A stretch of 64,000 nucleotides of DNA from Alphaproteobacteria bacterium (GCA_964291285.2 OZ219787.1:1376001-1440000), one strand, 5' to 3'. Shown: positions 34,502-46,800, counted from the stretch's first letter. Notes: a model not told the origin generated them from the sequence alone. Program-made: numbers and translations.

Positions 34502-35353
34502 ATGACCTGTCCGTCTTCACGACCCGATGCCGGCGTGGTGAATTCCGCGATGGTCAAATGGTACGATCCGTCGAAGGGTTACGGTTTCCTCGTTCCCGAT
34601 GACGGCTCGCCCGACATCTACTGCCGGGACTCGGCATTGGCCGCGGTCGGCCTCGACATCCTGCTCGCCGGCGCGACGGTCGCCTGCGAGACGGTGCAGG
34701 GTCTTCGTGGGCCCGAGGTCTCGCGGATTCTCGGCGTCGACTTTTCCACGGCACCGCCCCGGACCGCATTTCACGCCCGGACGCCCTGCAACGGGACGAT
34801 GGCGGTCGCACCCGGCGCGGGGCAGGCCGGTCCTGCCGCTTCCGGCCGCGAGGTCCGGGCAATGGTCAAATGGTTTCACGCGGACAAGGGTTACGGCTTT
34901 CTGGAGTGCGAGGATGGGTCCGGGGACCTGTTCTGCCACATGAGTGTCGTGCAGGCGTCGGGACGGGACACGCTCCCCCAGGGCGCGACGGTCACCTGCG
35001 AGATCGTGCAGGGCGACCGGGGTCTCCAGGTATCGCAGGTCCTCTCGGTCGAGGCCCCGGCCGCGGGACCCGGCTCCGCTGACCGCGGCCGGCTCGTCGA
35101 CGCCCGATATCCGGGACCGCAAGGCGGCGCACCGCCGTCTCCCGTCAGGGAGCTGCCGGGCACCGTCAAGTTCTTCGATCCGGCGAGGGGCTTCGGCTTC
35201 GTCGTGCCGGACGAAGGCGGCCGCGAGGTGTTCGTCCACGCCAGCGTCGTGTTCCGCTCGGGCATGACCGACCTGTTGCCCGGACAACGCGTCTTCGTCC
35301 GCGCCGAGAGCGTGTCGCGCGGGCTCCAGGCGACAGAGATCGAGCCGCTCTGA
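34502..35353 (+). CDS. Cold-shock-domain protein with three CSDs
   Basis: VKWYDPSKGYGF, VKWFHADKGYGF, VKFFDPARGFGF...VFVH. Confidence 0.9.
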   Translation: MTCPSSRPDAGVVNSAMVKWYDPSKGYGFLVPDDGSPDIYCRDSALAAVGLDILLAGATVACETVQGLRGPEVSRILGVDFSTAPPRTAFHARTPCNGTMAVAPGAGQAGPAASGREVRAMVKWFHADKGYGFLECEDGSGDLFCHMSVVQASGRDTLPQGATVTCEIVQGDRGLQVSQVLSVEAPAAGPGSADRGRLVDARYPGPQGGAPPSPVRELPGTVKFFDPARGFGFVVPDEGGREVFVHASVVFRSGMTDLLPGQRVFVRAESVSRGLQATEIEPL

Positions 35354-35439
35354 GCAAGCCGCGCACGAACGGGGAGCCGCCGTAACGGAGGAGACGGCAG
35401 GGCCCCGTTCCGGCCGGACGATCATCACAGGAGGAAAGC

Positions 35440-35721
35440 ATGGACCAGCGGGACGCGCCGCAGTCGGCGTCAACGGAAGAGGAAGCCCGGATCGGCGAGA
35501 TGCCGGCGGTCTTCGCCAACAAGGTTTATGTGTCGCCCTTGCCGGGCGGCGCGAAGATCACATTTGCCGAGGCGCGGCGGGGGTCCGGCGAGGAGCTGGC
35601 GTCGCCGCGGGTGGCGGTGTTCCTGCAGCACGCCGACCTTGCCGCCCTGCGCCGCCTGCTCGACTGGACGGCGGGCGCCTCCGATACGCCGCCCGAGCGC
35701 TTCGGCGGCTCGATGCACTGA
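35440..35721 (+). CDS. Small hypothetical protein
   Basis: AGGAGG RBS; co-oriented with the CSD gene. Confidence 0.6.
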   Translation: MDQRDAPQSASTEEEARIGEMPAVFANKVYVSPLPGGAKITFAEARRGSGEELASPRVAVFLQHADLAALRRLLDWTAGASDTPPERFGGSMH

Positions 35722-35814
35722 AGTTCGCCGGGCCTTGGAATGCGAAGGCCGGACGATACCCGACCGGCATCCCGAACCGCGCCGCCAACCCGTGACATGG
35801 ACAGAGTGCGGCCG

Positions 35815-36250
35815 TCATCCGCCGTCAGAGTCACGACCCGGTAGCCATTGGAGAGGATCAGCCGGCTTGGCCCAGGTCAGCATCACCTCGCCGGCACCCG
35901 GTTCCGCCGCCAGGTTCTGCGGTACCGACGGGACGTTGTCATTGCCTGTAATGGTGACCGTGACGAGGCAGCCGTCCTCGTCGCAGGCGGTCGTCCCGTC
36001 TGCTTCGCGAAAGCTCAGCCAATCGGGCAGCGACTCCCGTTCTGCGATCCGAACGGCGAAGTCTTCGTCGGCTTCGGCGGCCGCGTCGTCGGGAATGGTC
36101 AGCTCCACCGTCTTGCGCGCTTCAAAGACCGGCCCGTCGGCCGTGAAATCCCCCGGTTGGAACAGAACCGCGGTCTCGATCGGTTCGTAGTCGTTGCCCG
36201 ACGTAGCGCCATCCGCGCTCGACGTCACCGATACGGCGAATCCAGCGCTC
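35815..36250 (-). pseudogene. Fragment of Calx-beta plus fibronectin type III adhesin-like gene
   Basis: ATSGNDY...TIPDD...EADEDF...VTVTITGND, then PSVPQNLAA.PG.GEVMLTW.KP. Confidence 0.65.
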
Positions 36251-36592
36251 GCCGTCGACCGGGGCGCCGATTTCGACGTCGGCCTGTCGGGGGTGCGCTG
36301 CCGTTCATGGGCGCGGGCCATGCGGAGAGCCGGTTCGTGTTAATCGGCGACGTCCATTTCGTTGGTCGTGGACCGGGACGGGAACCTCGCCGCGGGCGAG
36401 GGATTCGAGGGCAACCGGGGCTGGGCGGAGGGCCGCCTGGAGCTGCGCGTCTTGGGCGACCGGACGGTGCGCAGCATTGGTTGGCAGGACCTCGCGCGCC
36501 AACTGGGCGTGACTGCCTTGGCGTCCGGGTACAGGGGCTGAGGCGCCGGAGATGAAGGTGTCGGGGCTGCGGGGTCGGGTCGTCGGGGTTGG

Positions 36593-36775
36593 TCAGGGGA
36601 TCAGCTTGACCGCGGCCACGAGTAGGGCGTTGACGGCGGCCATGAAGCCGATAAGCCGCCATGTCGGGCGGGTTTCCAGCGCTGCCAGTTCCGTCTTGAG
36701 TCCGCCTACAGCGACGTTGAGCTCGTGGCGCGTTACCGGTTCGCCGGCAGATGCGACGCCATCAGGTGGCGCCAT
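36593..36775 (-). CDS. Small coiled-coil protein with C-terminal membrane anchor
   Basis: VTRHEL...LKTELAALETR..WRLIGFMAAVNALLVAAVKLIP. Confidence 0.55.
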   Translation of the reverse strand: MAPPDGVASAGEPVTRHELNVAVGGLKTELAALETRPTWRLIGFMAAVNALLVAAVKLIP

Positions 36776-37116
36776 TCTTCTCAGAGTCCGTTTGAGAATT
36801 TCCCGTGACGGCGACGACCCAGAGCACCCATGGCATAATCGGGAGGATCAGTTGCCACAATGCTCCTGCCGACCACAGCGTTCCCGTCGCGAGCAGCCAG
36901 ACGGCGGCGCGCGGCCCTCAGCGCAAGCTGCAAGCCGTCCGCCGCGGTCAACAGCAGATCGTCCCAGGCCCGCGAGCGCGTTGTCGCCGGGAGACGACAG
37001 GAAGTCCGATACGGCCTGCACGTTGTCGGCGAAGCCGACTCCAGCCAACGTGCTGAAGACAGGCCGTATGGACCGGCCGTTCTCCTGATGCCTTTACGGT
37101 GCCTTTCCTGCGCGGG

Positions 37117-37941
37117 TCATTGTTTCGCGCCCCATGCAGCGTCCACCTTCCAGAAGACCGGCGCACAATTGGACGAACATCCACCGAACCCGTCGGTATT
37201 CGCCGTCACTTCAGCTTTATTTTTCTTCCACTCGGCCTCGACAAGGTAGAACTTGCCGCCGATCCCCTCGGCGTTCGAACCGTAGAAGTGTCCGGAGATT
37301 GCGGCGTCCCGATACATGCGCCGAAAATTCCAGTGGTATCGCTCCTTGGCAGGCCGGGCGATCCCGCCGGGGTCCTTGTCGAAGGAGAAGGAATTGTCGT
37401 TGTGACCTATTGAACCGTTGAACCACTGACTAGGAAGGCTCACCGGGGTCGTGCCGTTGGTCCTCGGGTGAACCCTGATATCAGTGAAGCCGATGCTCAA
37501 TTGCACGCCCCTCGTGGAATCGGAGAGTTCCGCATCGAAGTTGACATTGGCGCTCACGGATCCCGTCACCGGGTAGAGCAGGCCCTGATGGCTGTCATTG
37601 TCTTCGATGGATCCGCGGCCCCACATGTGGCCGCTATAGCTGGCGGTCCCGGAGACCGGCATGTCGGAGCCCGGCGTGTGGGTTCCCGTGATGCCGAATA
37701 GCGACCGCTGGCCGCCGGTGAGCCCGATCGTGAACGGGTCGCCCCGCTGCTGGTCGTAGAGATCGACGTGAACATCCGTCCAGTAATTCGCAATCCAGTT
37801 CCCCCAGCACTCATAATCGTAGGGATGGTCGGCCTGCGACCAGTTGCAGGCCGCCATCGCCGGGGACGGCGGGAAGGCGAGGCAGACAAGGGCGAGGAAG
37901 CCCATTGTCAAGCCGAAGAAGCGGGTAGATCTGAAAGTCAT
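37117..37941 (-). CDS. Secreted protein with transferrin-binding-protein-like beta-barrel
   Basis: Signal peptide ending AMA; MPVSGTASYSG; ISGHFYGSNAEGIGGKF; terminal AAWGAKQ. Confidence 0.7.
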   Translation of the reverse strand: MTFRSTRFFGLTMGFLALVCLAFPPSPAMAACNWSQADHPYDYECWGNWIANYWTDVHVDLYDQQRGDPFTIGLTGGQRSLFGITGTHTPGSDMPVSGTASYSGHMWGRGSIEDNDSHQGLLYPVTGSVSANVNFDAELSDSTRGVQLSIGFTDIRVHPRTNGTTPVSLPSQWFNGSIGHNDNSFSFDKDPGGIARPAKERYHWNFRRMYRDAAISGHFYGSNAEGIGGKFYLVEAEWKKNKAEVTANTDGFGGCSSNCAPVFWKVDAAWGAKQ

Positions 37942-39524
37942 TATTCGCTGCACCTCCATCGTGCGCTGCCGGATTGGCCGCGGCTGTCTATCCGGAGCCG
38001 TCCTGTCGCGCGTCCCCAATATCGGGTAGATTCCGAGAGAAATTCGTTCGGGGCACCGGCTCCGGAATCGACTTCCGTTATGGGACGTTTGTCGTCAGGC
38101 GCGATTTTTCCATAGCCGGTCGTCGCGCCGCGATTTTTCGTTCGCGGAGGTTCGCTGCCTACGAGAGGCCTGTTTGCCAGCCATGGTCCGCAAGTTTCCC
38201 TTGGCCCGGTTCTCCCCGGCGGAAGCCACCAACACCGCTTCGGTATTGGTCGCTTGAGCAGGGATCCACGATCCCTGGATAGGTCCGTCGCCAAGCTCTC
38301 GCTTCCGTCCGTGGTCGGCGCGGCGGCCGCCAACCTCATGCCTGGTCCGGTGCAGTTCCCGAGTGCCGGTTTCAGCGGCGTGCCCGGACGCGATAAATCG
38401 CTCCGGCGAACAACTCATTCCACGTGCATCATCGGGAACCGGGTCCCGGCGAGGGGACACCGGTGATCGCCCATTTTCAGGCGCGGTTCTTTTCCCCTTC
38501 CCTTGCTGATTGCCGATTGACCGCGGCCCCACCTATGCCGTCCGCGGCGCCATCGCCTCTTCGCGCATGAGGCGGAACCCGGAGCCACCGGACACTAGGA
38601 TGTTTCCCTTCGATCCGCACAGCTCGTCGAACAGGGCGGATGCGACCGGCCAGCCCGCATCGTCGAACGCGGCCGCGTGCAGGGCCTTGAAGGCGCGCCC
38701 GAACAGGTCGTCGCGGTCCCCGTCGCCGGACCGGCCTCCGGTGCAGGTTATGGCGGCCGGCGACTTGAATTTCCGTATTCGCCGCGGCGGCCGGGATGTG
38801 CCAATCCCGGCGCCATGTCCGAACGGTGGACCGGTCCCGTGGGGTCCGTCGCTCCGGCATGCGGCGCGGGCATGAATTCGGCTTGCATCAGCATTTTTTT
38901 CGAGTTCGGGCAGCTGTTAGGGGAGTCGGTGGAATGCGCGGCGGTTCGGAGACTGCCGCCGGAGGCAGGGCCATGATGGGGTGGCGGGCACAGGAGACGC
39001 GGACATCCGGGACCGGACCGACCCCCGGACTGGCCCGACGCGCCGGGCGTCGCGGCGATCGTGCAGTACAAAAGAGAGGCCGGACGGCAGAGCGCGCTCC
39101 GGCGGGGCTACGCGTTTCCAAAAAATCCTCTGGAATCAGACAGTTGTGCCGGAAATGCCGCGGTTCAGACCGGCCTCGGCCGGCCCGGTTTTGCTCGCGA
39201 TAACTTTCATTATCAGGAGTAATGTTGTCAATCCGGTTTCGATTCTGCGCCGCCCCGCCCCTGACGCAGGGCGCCGCGGGTCACGAACGCCGCAACCCGT
39301 TGAATGGCAGGCGTTTTCCGGGACGCGAAGCGGCTCCGGCGGACACTGTCGGCGCGCGGCCGCGCAGACCTGGTCGGCGGATTATTGCTCACGATAACTG
39401 TATCGTGAATCCACCCCTCGCGGGGCGCCCGCGATCCGAATCCGGCCGGCCGCCAAGCGTGGATGCCCCGCCGTCCGACACGCGATCCTAGCCGGATCCG
39501 CGCCGCCGGGCACGCCTGCGCGGT

Positions 39525-39790
39525 TCAGCCGCGCCGCTGCAGCCGGGCGAGCTGCGCGGCGCAGCCCCTGCGGGCCAGCAGCCGCTCATCGCCGTAACGG
39601 TTGACCATGGCGGTCGACTTCCAGCGCCCGGCCTGCAGGATCGCCGGCAGCTCGATGCTGGCACAGACCCGGGCGCTGTGCCCGGAAAGGCCCTCGACCA
39701 CCGCCGACGGCAGGCCGGCCCGGCGCGCCATCGCCTTGAGGATGCGCGGCACCTGGTTCGGGTCGGGGCGCCCGCCGAGCCTGCCGCGTT
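39525..39790 (-). pseudogene. C-terminal fragment of a Cre-like tyrosine recombinase
   Basis: LSGHSARV...LPAILQAGRWKSTAMVNRY. Confidence 0.75.
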
Positions 39791-40016
39791 CAACGTCGGG
39801 TCGCTTACGGATGAGTGCCAAATGACACTCTGAGGAATTCCATGGGCGGCCGGAGGAATGCGGCGCCAGGGTGCGTGCCCGTGGAAAAAATCTCCGAATC
39901 TCCCCAATCCTGGGGACGCGCAGATATGTCCAACAGGCATATCTTTCCGCCCAATTATTGGAGGCTGTTCCCGTCTGGGGGGGGGCGGCTCCGTGCTGCT
40001 TGTTGGGGGGAATAGC

Positions 40017-41414
40017 GATCGTGCCCCCGCGGGTGGTGTAAGAGCCTGGCGTCCGTAGCGGTGTCCGGCGGGTAGGGCCGGAACGCTCAGGCTGCCACGG
40101 CGGGCAACTTGACGGTTGTATTGTCGCTCACGGGAGCGATGGATTCCAGCGTCATGTATCTGGCTCTCTGGACTGCCCATTCATCGTTCTGCTCGAGCAG
40201 GATTGCGCCGATCAGCCGGGTGATGGCGTCCTCGTTGGGGAAGATGCCGACGGTGTTTGTGCGCCGCTTGATCTCGCCGTGGAGGCGTTCGAGCGGGTTT
40301 GTCGAGTGCAGCTTGGCGCGGTGCGCGGCCGGGAAGGTCATGTAGGCGAGAACATCGTGCTCGGCCTCGTCCATGATGGCGGCGAGCTTTGGCGCCTTGG
40401 GCCTGAGCTGGTCGGCGACCTGGCGCCACTGGGCGGAGGCGCTGTCTGCATCCTCCTGGGCGAAGGCGGTAGTGACGAAGGCGGAGACGACGCGCCGGCC
40501 CTGCTTGCCGGCATGGGCGAGCAGGTTGCGCATGAAGTGGACGCGGCATCTCTGCCAGGTGGCGCCGAAGATGCGGGTGGCGGCGGCCTTCAGGCCCTTG
40601 TGGTCGTCGGAGATCACCAGCTTGACGCCGCGCAGGCCGCGGCGGGCGAGCGAGCGCAGGAAGTCGGTCCAGAAGGTCTCGGCCTCGGACGCGCCGATCG
40701 CCATGCCGAGCACCTCGCGCCGGCCCTGATCGTTGACCGCCACCGCGATGGTGACCGCGACCGAGACGACGCGCCCGGCCTCGCGCATCTTCACATAGGT
40801 CGCGTCAAGCCAGAGATACGGCCAGTCGCCCTCCAGCGGCCGGTCGAGGAAGTCGCGGATCTTGTCGTCGATCTCGCCGCACAGCCGCGACACCTGGCTC
40901 TTGGAGATGCCCGACATGCCCATCGCCTGCACCAGGTCGTCCACCGAGCGGGTCGATACGCCCTTGATGTAGGCCTCCTGGATCACCGCCGTCAGCGCCT
41001 TCTCCGCCATCCGCCGCGGTTCAAGGAAGCCCGGGAAGTAGCTCCCCTTGCGCAGCTTCGGGATCTTCAGTTCGACCGTGCCGGCCCGCGTCTCCCAGAC
41101 CCGGTCCCGGTAGCCGTTGCGCTGCGTGATCCGGTCCGGCGAGCGCTCGCCGTGCGCGGCGCCCGCAAGGCCCTCAACCTCAAGCGCCATCAGACGCGCG
41201 GCCGTGAACCCGATCATCTCGCGAAGCAGGTCGGCGTCGGAACTCTTCTCCAACAGCGCCCGCAGGGTCATCATGTCGGTGGTGGTCATCGTGGTACTCC
41301 TCCGGTCAGGTGGACTGTGACAGCCCAACCCTAACCGGCACCGCGATGGCCTCCGCTGTGGGTAAGTGGCCCGCCGCCGCCTGACTCCAGACGGTCGCGG
41401 CGGCGGGCCACTTA
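40017..41414 (-). mobile_element. IS256-family element; upstream IR truncated by IS630
   Basis: End gatcgtgcccccgcgggtggtgtaag; GC-rich hairpin at about 41368-41409. Confidence 0.85.
40087..41289 (-). CDS. IS256 transposase
   Basis: [34 protein letters not shown]. Confidence 0.95.
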   Translation of the reverse strand: MTTTDMMTLRALLEKSSDADLLREMIGFTAARLMALEVEGLAGAAHGERSPDRITQRNGYRDRVWETRAGTVELKIPKLRKGSYFPGFLEPRRMAEKALTAVIQEAYIKGVSTRSVDDLVQAMGMSGISKSQVSRLCGEIDDKIRDFLDRPLEGDWPYLWLDATYVKMREAGRVVSVAVTIAVAVNDQGRREVLGMAIGASEAETFWTDFLRSLARRGLRGVKLVISDDHKGLKAAATRIFGATWQRCRVHFMRNLLAHAGKQGRRVVSAFVTTAFAQEDADSASAQWRQVADQLRPKAPKLAAIMDEAEHDVLAYMTFPAAHRAKLHSTNPLERLHGEIKRRTNTVGIFPNEDAITRLIGAILLEQNDEWAVQRARYMTLESIAPVSDNTTVKLPAVAA

Positions 41415-42581
41415 TACCAGCGGTTGAGGGTTGAGACTCATTGAGGGGATTCCCAAGGTTATCGAGTTCTGACTCAATAGCGATTCTGCGATTGGAGGGT
41501 CGTTATGAGGGCAGCAATCCCCTTGAGGGAGGATTTTGATGCGGCGCAGTTGCGCGGCTTGGCGCAGCGGAGCCGGGATGGTTCGCAGAACCGTCGCCTT
41601 CTTGCGCTTGCGGTGATTTACGACGGTTACCGTCGTTCGGATGCGGCGCGTTTTGCGGGGGTGGGCTTGCAGATCATCCGGGACTGGGTTCTTCGCTTCA
41701 ACGCGGAAGGCCCGGAGGGATTGAAGGATCGCAAGGCCTCAGGTCCGCCGCGCAAGTTGAACGGGGAGCAGCGCGCGGCGCTGGCGGCGGTTGTGGAGAG
41801 CGGTCCGGACCCGGCGATCCACGGCGTGGTGCGGTGGCGGCGCTGCGACCTGGCGGCATGGCTCAGCGAGCAGTTCGGCATCTCGTTGGCGGAGACGACG
41901 GTCGGGCGGGAGTTGCGCCGGATGGGCTACGCCAAGCTCTCTGCGCGCCCGCGCCACTATGCCCAGGACGAAGCCGCGCTGGCAGGGTTCAAAAAAACTT
42001 CCCCGACCGCCTGAAGGAGATCCGCGCTGCACTCGGCGACGGCGTCGAGGTCGAAGTCTGGTGGCAGGACGAGGCGCGCGTCGGGCAGAAGAACAAGATC
42101 ACCCGGCGATGGGCTAAACGCGGCACCCGACCGTCAGCGCCCAAGGACCAGAGAACCATCTCGGCCTACATCTTCGGCGCCATATGCCCGCAGAAGGGCA
42201 AGGCCGCCGGCCTCGTCATGCCCCACGCCAACACGGAGGCACTCAACGCCCACCTCGCCGAGGTCGCCCTCACCGTTGAACCCGGAGCCCATGCCCTCGT
42301 CATGCTCGACCGGGCCGGATGGCACACATCCCCGGCCCTCAAAGTCCCCGACAACATAACCCTGATGCCGCTCCCGCCCCGGTCCCCCGAGCTCAATCCC
42401 GTCGAGAATGTCTGGCAGTTCATGCGCGAAAATTGGCTCTCGAACCGCGTCTTCCAGAACTACGACGACATACTCGATCACTGCTGCCAGGCCTGGAACA
42501 ATCTCGTCTCACAACCAGAACGCATCGCCTCCATCGGAACCCGAAAATGGGCCAATGGGTTCTGAACTATGCCCGCTGGTA
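41415..42581 (+). mobile_element. IS630-family element with frameshifted transposase (41505..42565)
   Basis: IRs taccagcgg / ccgctggta flanked by TA; A7C slippery site at 41991; WQDEAR, LDRAGWH, SPELNPVE. Confidence 0.92.
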
Positions 42582-42606
42582 TAACATTGGCAATATGGAT
42601 TTCTCT

Positions 42607-43119
42607 TCACTTTATAGCGGCGAGCTCTCGATTCTTTATCTGTTTGGAATTAAGCTTGATTTTTCGTGCAGAGAAGCAGCGATCCAGAAACGGAAGACCC
42701 TTGGACCAGTGTATTCGAAAATTGACACTGAGATTATCGGTGTTTTTGAACAGAATTTCAAGGCATCGAGTCTGACCACCAGGCACCTCCAAAAACACAA
42801 GCTTCTTTTCTTTACACTCCGACGACAAATTCTCATAAGTAAGCACAGTGTCAACATAAACACTGGCATCCGCCCGGGTGATAATTATACATTCAGCTCT
42901 GGGTGAGAGAACTTCAACGTAATCGAGAACGAGCAGTCGACTTGTCGGGTTGGACACGCTCAGTTTGTACTTGTATTTATCGCTCTCGTGGCAGACCAGA
43001 AACTCGACGGTCGGAACTTCCCGTGAGACGACTCTGGCGAAGCCGAGCACGGCAACGACAGCTGCCACGGAAGTTATGAAAGCTGCCGCGAAAGACATAA
43101 TGAGACTCAGAAATTCCAT
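42607..43119 (-). CDS. AT-rich hypothetical protein with N-terminal transmembrane segment
   Basis: Open frame with hydrophobic N-terminus; composition visibly differs from the flanks. Confidence 0.6.
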   Translation of the reverse strand: MEFLSLIMSFAAAFITSVAAVVAVLGFARVVSREVPTVEFLVCHESDKYKYKLSVSNPTSRLLVLDYVEVLSPRAECIIITRADASVYVDTVLTYENLSSECKEKKLVFLEVPGGQTRCLEILFKNTDNLSVNFRIHWSKGLPFLDRCFSARKIKLNSKQIKNRELAAIK

Positions 43120-43195
43120 CACGAAAATCCCTGCATATAATTTACAAATCGCAATATGAAGCCGTGCCGTGACTCGCTGCATGCAAGCCAGTCAC

Positions 43196-43393
43196 CTAAC
43201 TGGCCGAATCATGCCCGGCACCTGAGGCAGCAACCGGACGCGCAGGAAGGCGGACATACTCCCGGCCGGACTTTTCCTGCATTGCCCGGATGTCCTGGAA
43301 GATGGCTGCCATGTCATGGTCGAAGCGGGCCGCATGCGCATCCCGTATCGCCCACACTTCAGAAATGATCGGATCAACCGGGGTCTTGTCCAT
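43196..43393 (-). CDS. Small protein, putative partner of the PIN protein
   Basis: DPIISEVWAIRDAHAARF; overlaps the PIN gene end. Confidence 0.7.
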   Translation of the reverse strand: MDKTPVDPIISEVWAIRDAHAARFDHDMAAIFQDIRAMQEKSGREYVRLPARPVAASGAGHDSAS

Positions 43394-43868
43394 GGTTTGC
43401 CTCCATCAGTTCGTTCGGCGTGCAGATCACCGGCGGTTCGCAACCTGCCCCCCGGCAAACCTGTTCGATCCTGGCGCGCATTGCGGCATTGGCAATATGT
43501 CGGAAGTTCCACGTCACCAGAAAATCGATGCCATTGGCAGCAGAGATGGCGATATGTGCTGCATCGTCCGCGGCCTGCCGTGGAACAGCGCCGGCTTCGA
43601 TAAGAGAATGTGCGAGATTCTCCGCCTCCGGTGTCGCATCGAGAAACGCGACAGATTCCAGCGCCTCCAGCCGGCTGCGCGCAGCCTCAGGGTCGCCCGC
43701 TCCGGCTTCCGCGACGACAAGGGCCGACGCAACAAGGTCGAACCGGTCAGGAGCGTTGCGCCACCACTCCCTGGTGATCTCTTGATATGCCGCGATAATC
43801 ATATCTCGCGACGGTCGTGCGGTCAGGTAGCTCACGACCGATGTCTCGATATACGCCGTGGGTCGCAT
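43374..43868 (-). CDS. PIN-domain (VapC-like) protein
   Basis: YIETSVVSYL, DAAHIA, LVTWNFRHI, ICTPNEL. Confidence 0.88.
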   Translation of the reverse strand: MRPTAYIETSVVSYLTARPSRDMIIAAYQEITREWWRNAPDRFDLVASALVVAEAGAGDPEAARSRLEALESVAFLDATPEAENLAHSLIEAGAVPRQAADDAAHIAISAANGIDFLVTWNFRHIANAAMRARIEQVCRGAGCEPPVICTPNELMEANHGQDPG

Positions 43869-43878
43869 CGCGACGGCC

Positions 43879-46800
43879 TCACGGTCCACCGGGGCCGGAT
43901 CGGCTGAGGCTGGCCCCTGTGAGCAGGAGGATTGAAGCGATCCGCCGCGCCGTATCGGCAAAGTGCTGCACTTCCCCGGGCAACAGGGGTCGGCCGAGGA
44001 CGGCTCGTTCACGGTAGGACAGCCATTTCTTGAGCACCTGATAGCCGCCCAGGCGGTAGGTCCACACGGCGGCGGGGACACTGCGCCAAAACGCGTCGCC
44101 GTTGAGGTAGATGTCGAAGGTGGTGTCGCCGAGAGCGGGCAATATGTCGCCTAGGTAGGCGCGTTCGGCGGGGGTGAAAGCGCGCTCGACGGCGCGGCCC
44201 TGGCCCGGCATCACCGCGTCGCCCTGACCGTAGTGGCCCCAACCCGCCGTCACCGCGAAGTCGGCACCCGCCATGTTGCGCCCGCCCACGGTGGCGGGGA
44301 CGGCGAGGGCGGCGGCCTCCGGGCGCAGAGGTGCCTGCGTCACGCCGGGGACCGGGGTGTCGGGATCGAGCAGCACGGCAAGTTCGCGCCCGCGCGCCGC
44401 CGACCGAGCGAGTTCTTCTACCGCGCCCTCATCGACGCCATCCGGCCAGCCCGGCAGCGGGATGCGCGGCCACCCCATACGCAATGCCCCAGCGTTCGCC
44501 TCACGGTAGGCCGGATCGTGCAGGGTGGCGAGGACATGGTGAAACAAGTCCTCGACGCCAAGGCAGAGATATCGGAGGTAACAGTGCGCCGCCTCGCTCA
44601 GATTGGCCCTGTGCGTGCCGACACCGTTGCCGCCGAGATCGTCGTCACGAAGCCAGGCCGGGAACAAATGGGCTCCCCGCTCGATCAGGTGCAGCGAGCC
44701 CATGTGGGAAGTGACATACGCTTGAGGTTCCGTCGCTTCTTTGCGGAGATAGCGCGCAGCGGACAGCCAGAGATTCCCCTCGAACACATGCGGCCGGTAG
44801 TTTGCGCGTTTTTCGTCGAGCAGCTTTGTGTCCTTCTCCCAGTAAAGCCACCGGATATCGAAGGGCCGATAGGCGAAGCGGATGAAACCGCCTTCATTCG
44901 GTCCTCCGCGCTTGAGCAGCCCGTCCCGCACCCGACGGGCCTCGAAACGCGCGGCATCGGTCATGGCCACTGGATAGCGCCGGGCGATATCTTCGTGGCT
45001 CAGTTTCGGGTCGAAATAGTCGGCAATCCTCGCCTTGAGCCGATCCAGATCGACATCGACCAGAAATCCGTTCCGACTGGTCTTGACACCCGGAAAGGAT
45101 ATCGGGAACAGATCGGGCAGAGACGGCCAGTCGGTCCAGTCGGCGCTGACCGCCGTTCGCACGAACGGAAGGCCGAGTGGCAGGGCTGGATCGATCCCTT
45201 CGTAGAGCACATCCGGCTCCATCTCAGCCGTCGTGGCGAGTTCCGCGCGTTTGGCCTGCCCCCAGAGATGCCGGAATTCCACCGTATCGGTGGGCCGATG
45301 ATCGGCCTTGCGCACCAGCGTCGCAATCGCCGTGCCGACCTGGATGCCCACCGGATCGCCCCCGGTGGAGAAGATGCTGGGATCGGGCGTACCGTCCGGC
45401 GCGACCTTGCCGGTCCTGTACTTGTCACCGTTCAGGCAGTCGATGCGGATCGTATCGAACGCCTCCAGATAGCGCTCCCGCATCCCGGTGAAGGAGAGGC
45501 CGTCGAGCCACGAGTAATTGGAGATGAAGCAGACCACGCCTTGCCCGGTCTTCTCCGCGATACGCCGTTCGGCCATGCGGAAGAAGCGCACATAGAGGTC
45601 GTTCAGCCCTTGCCCCTCGGGCCGGCGTACCCGCTGCGTCGTGCGGTAGGCTTCGGAGAGTTCCCGTTCCTCGTCCACCGCCATGCCGGCAAAGCCGTTG
45701 TAGGGCGGGTTGCCGAGGATGACGAGGACCGGCGCGTCCTGCTTCACCCGTTCCGCCCGGTCGCGCTCCTCCTCCAACTCCGGGAACGGCAGCGGCTTGG
45801 TCGTGCGCGGCTCCCAGCCGGTCAGCGCGTTGGTCAGGAACACCCCGGCGCGCTCGGTGTCGTCGGCGAGCGGCGCGTCGAGTTCCTGCATGGTGAGCCC
45901 AACCTGAAGATGGGCGACGACGAAGGGCGCGGGCATTATCTCGAAGCCGAACACGCGTTCCGCCGCCGCCTGCCTCACCCGCGCCCCGGCGAGCGCGCCC
46001 AAGCCCTGCCCTTCCAGATTAGAGGCGATGCGGCGCAGCACCTCCGCCAGATAGGCCCCGGTGCCGCAGCACGGATCGAGCACATAGACATGCTCCGCGG
46101 CCAGTCCGTCGGCTATGCCCAGATCGTCCCTCAGCGCCCGGTCCACTCGCGCCACCATGTAGCGCACCACCTCCGCCGGCGTGTACCAGACGCCGAGCTG
46201 TTTCCTGAGCGCCGGATCGAAGGCTTCGAGGAACGGCTCGTAGAAATAGGGCACCGCCTCGCCCTCGCCGAAGCGGGCAAAGAAGGCGGCGCGGTCCACC
46301 CGGTTGAGCGCCGCCGCCGTCCAATCCAGCACCTCGACCAGGCCGAGTGGCTGCAGGCGGCCGGGATCGGAGAGTTGCTGGAACAGTGCTCTGAGCACCG
46401 GCGCGCGCAGATGCCAGACAGCTTCGCGCCAGCGAAATGAGCCAACAGGCGGTGAAACCTGTCGCGCCCACAACACCCAGGCGGAGAAGACGCCGTAGAA
46501 CAGCGTCTGCACCAGCGTCGACCGAAAGAAGCGCGCGCCGCGCTCGCCCTCAAAGCGCACGCCGAGCGCTTCCTCCAGCGCCTGGCGTACCGCCGCCAGT
46601 TGCGGCGCATCGCCCGCCGCCTCGACCCGGGCGAGCCCGTCGCGGGCGTAGGAGGCGAGCAGCCACGCCAGATCCTTCGGCTCGGCCAGCGCGGCGCGGT
46701 GCGACAGAGCGCGGGCGAGATATTCGCTGAGGCCCGCGCCAACATCGCGGGCGAAAGCGCGGGGCTTCCCGATCCTGCGCCGGAAGTCGTCGGCGCTCTC

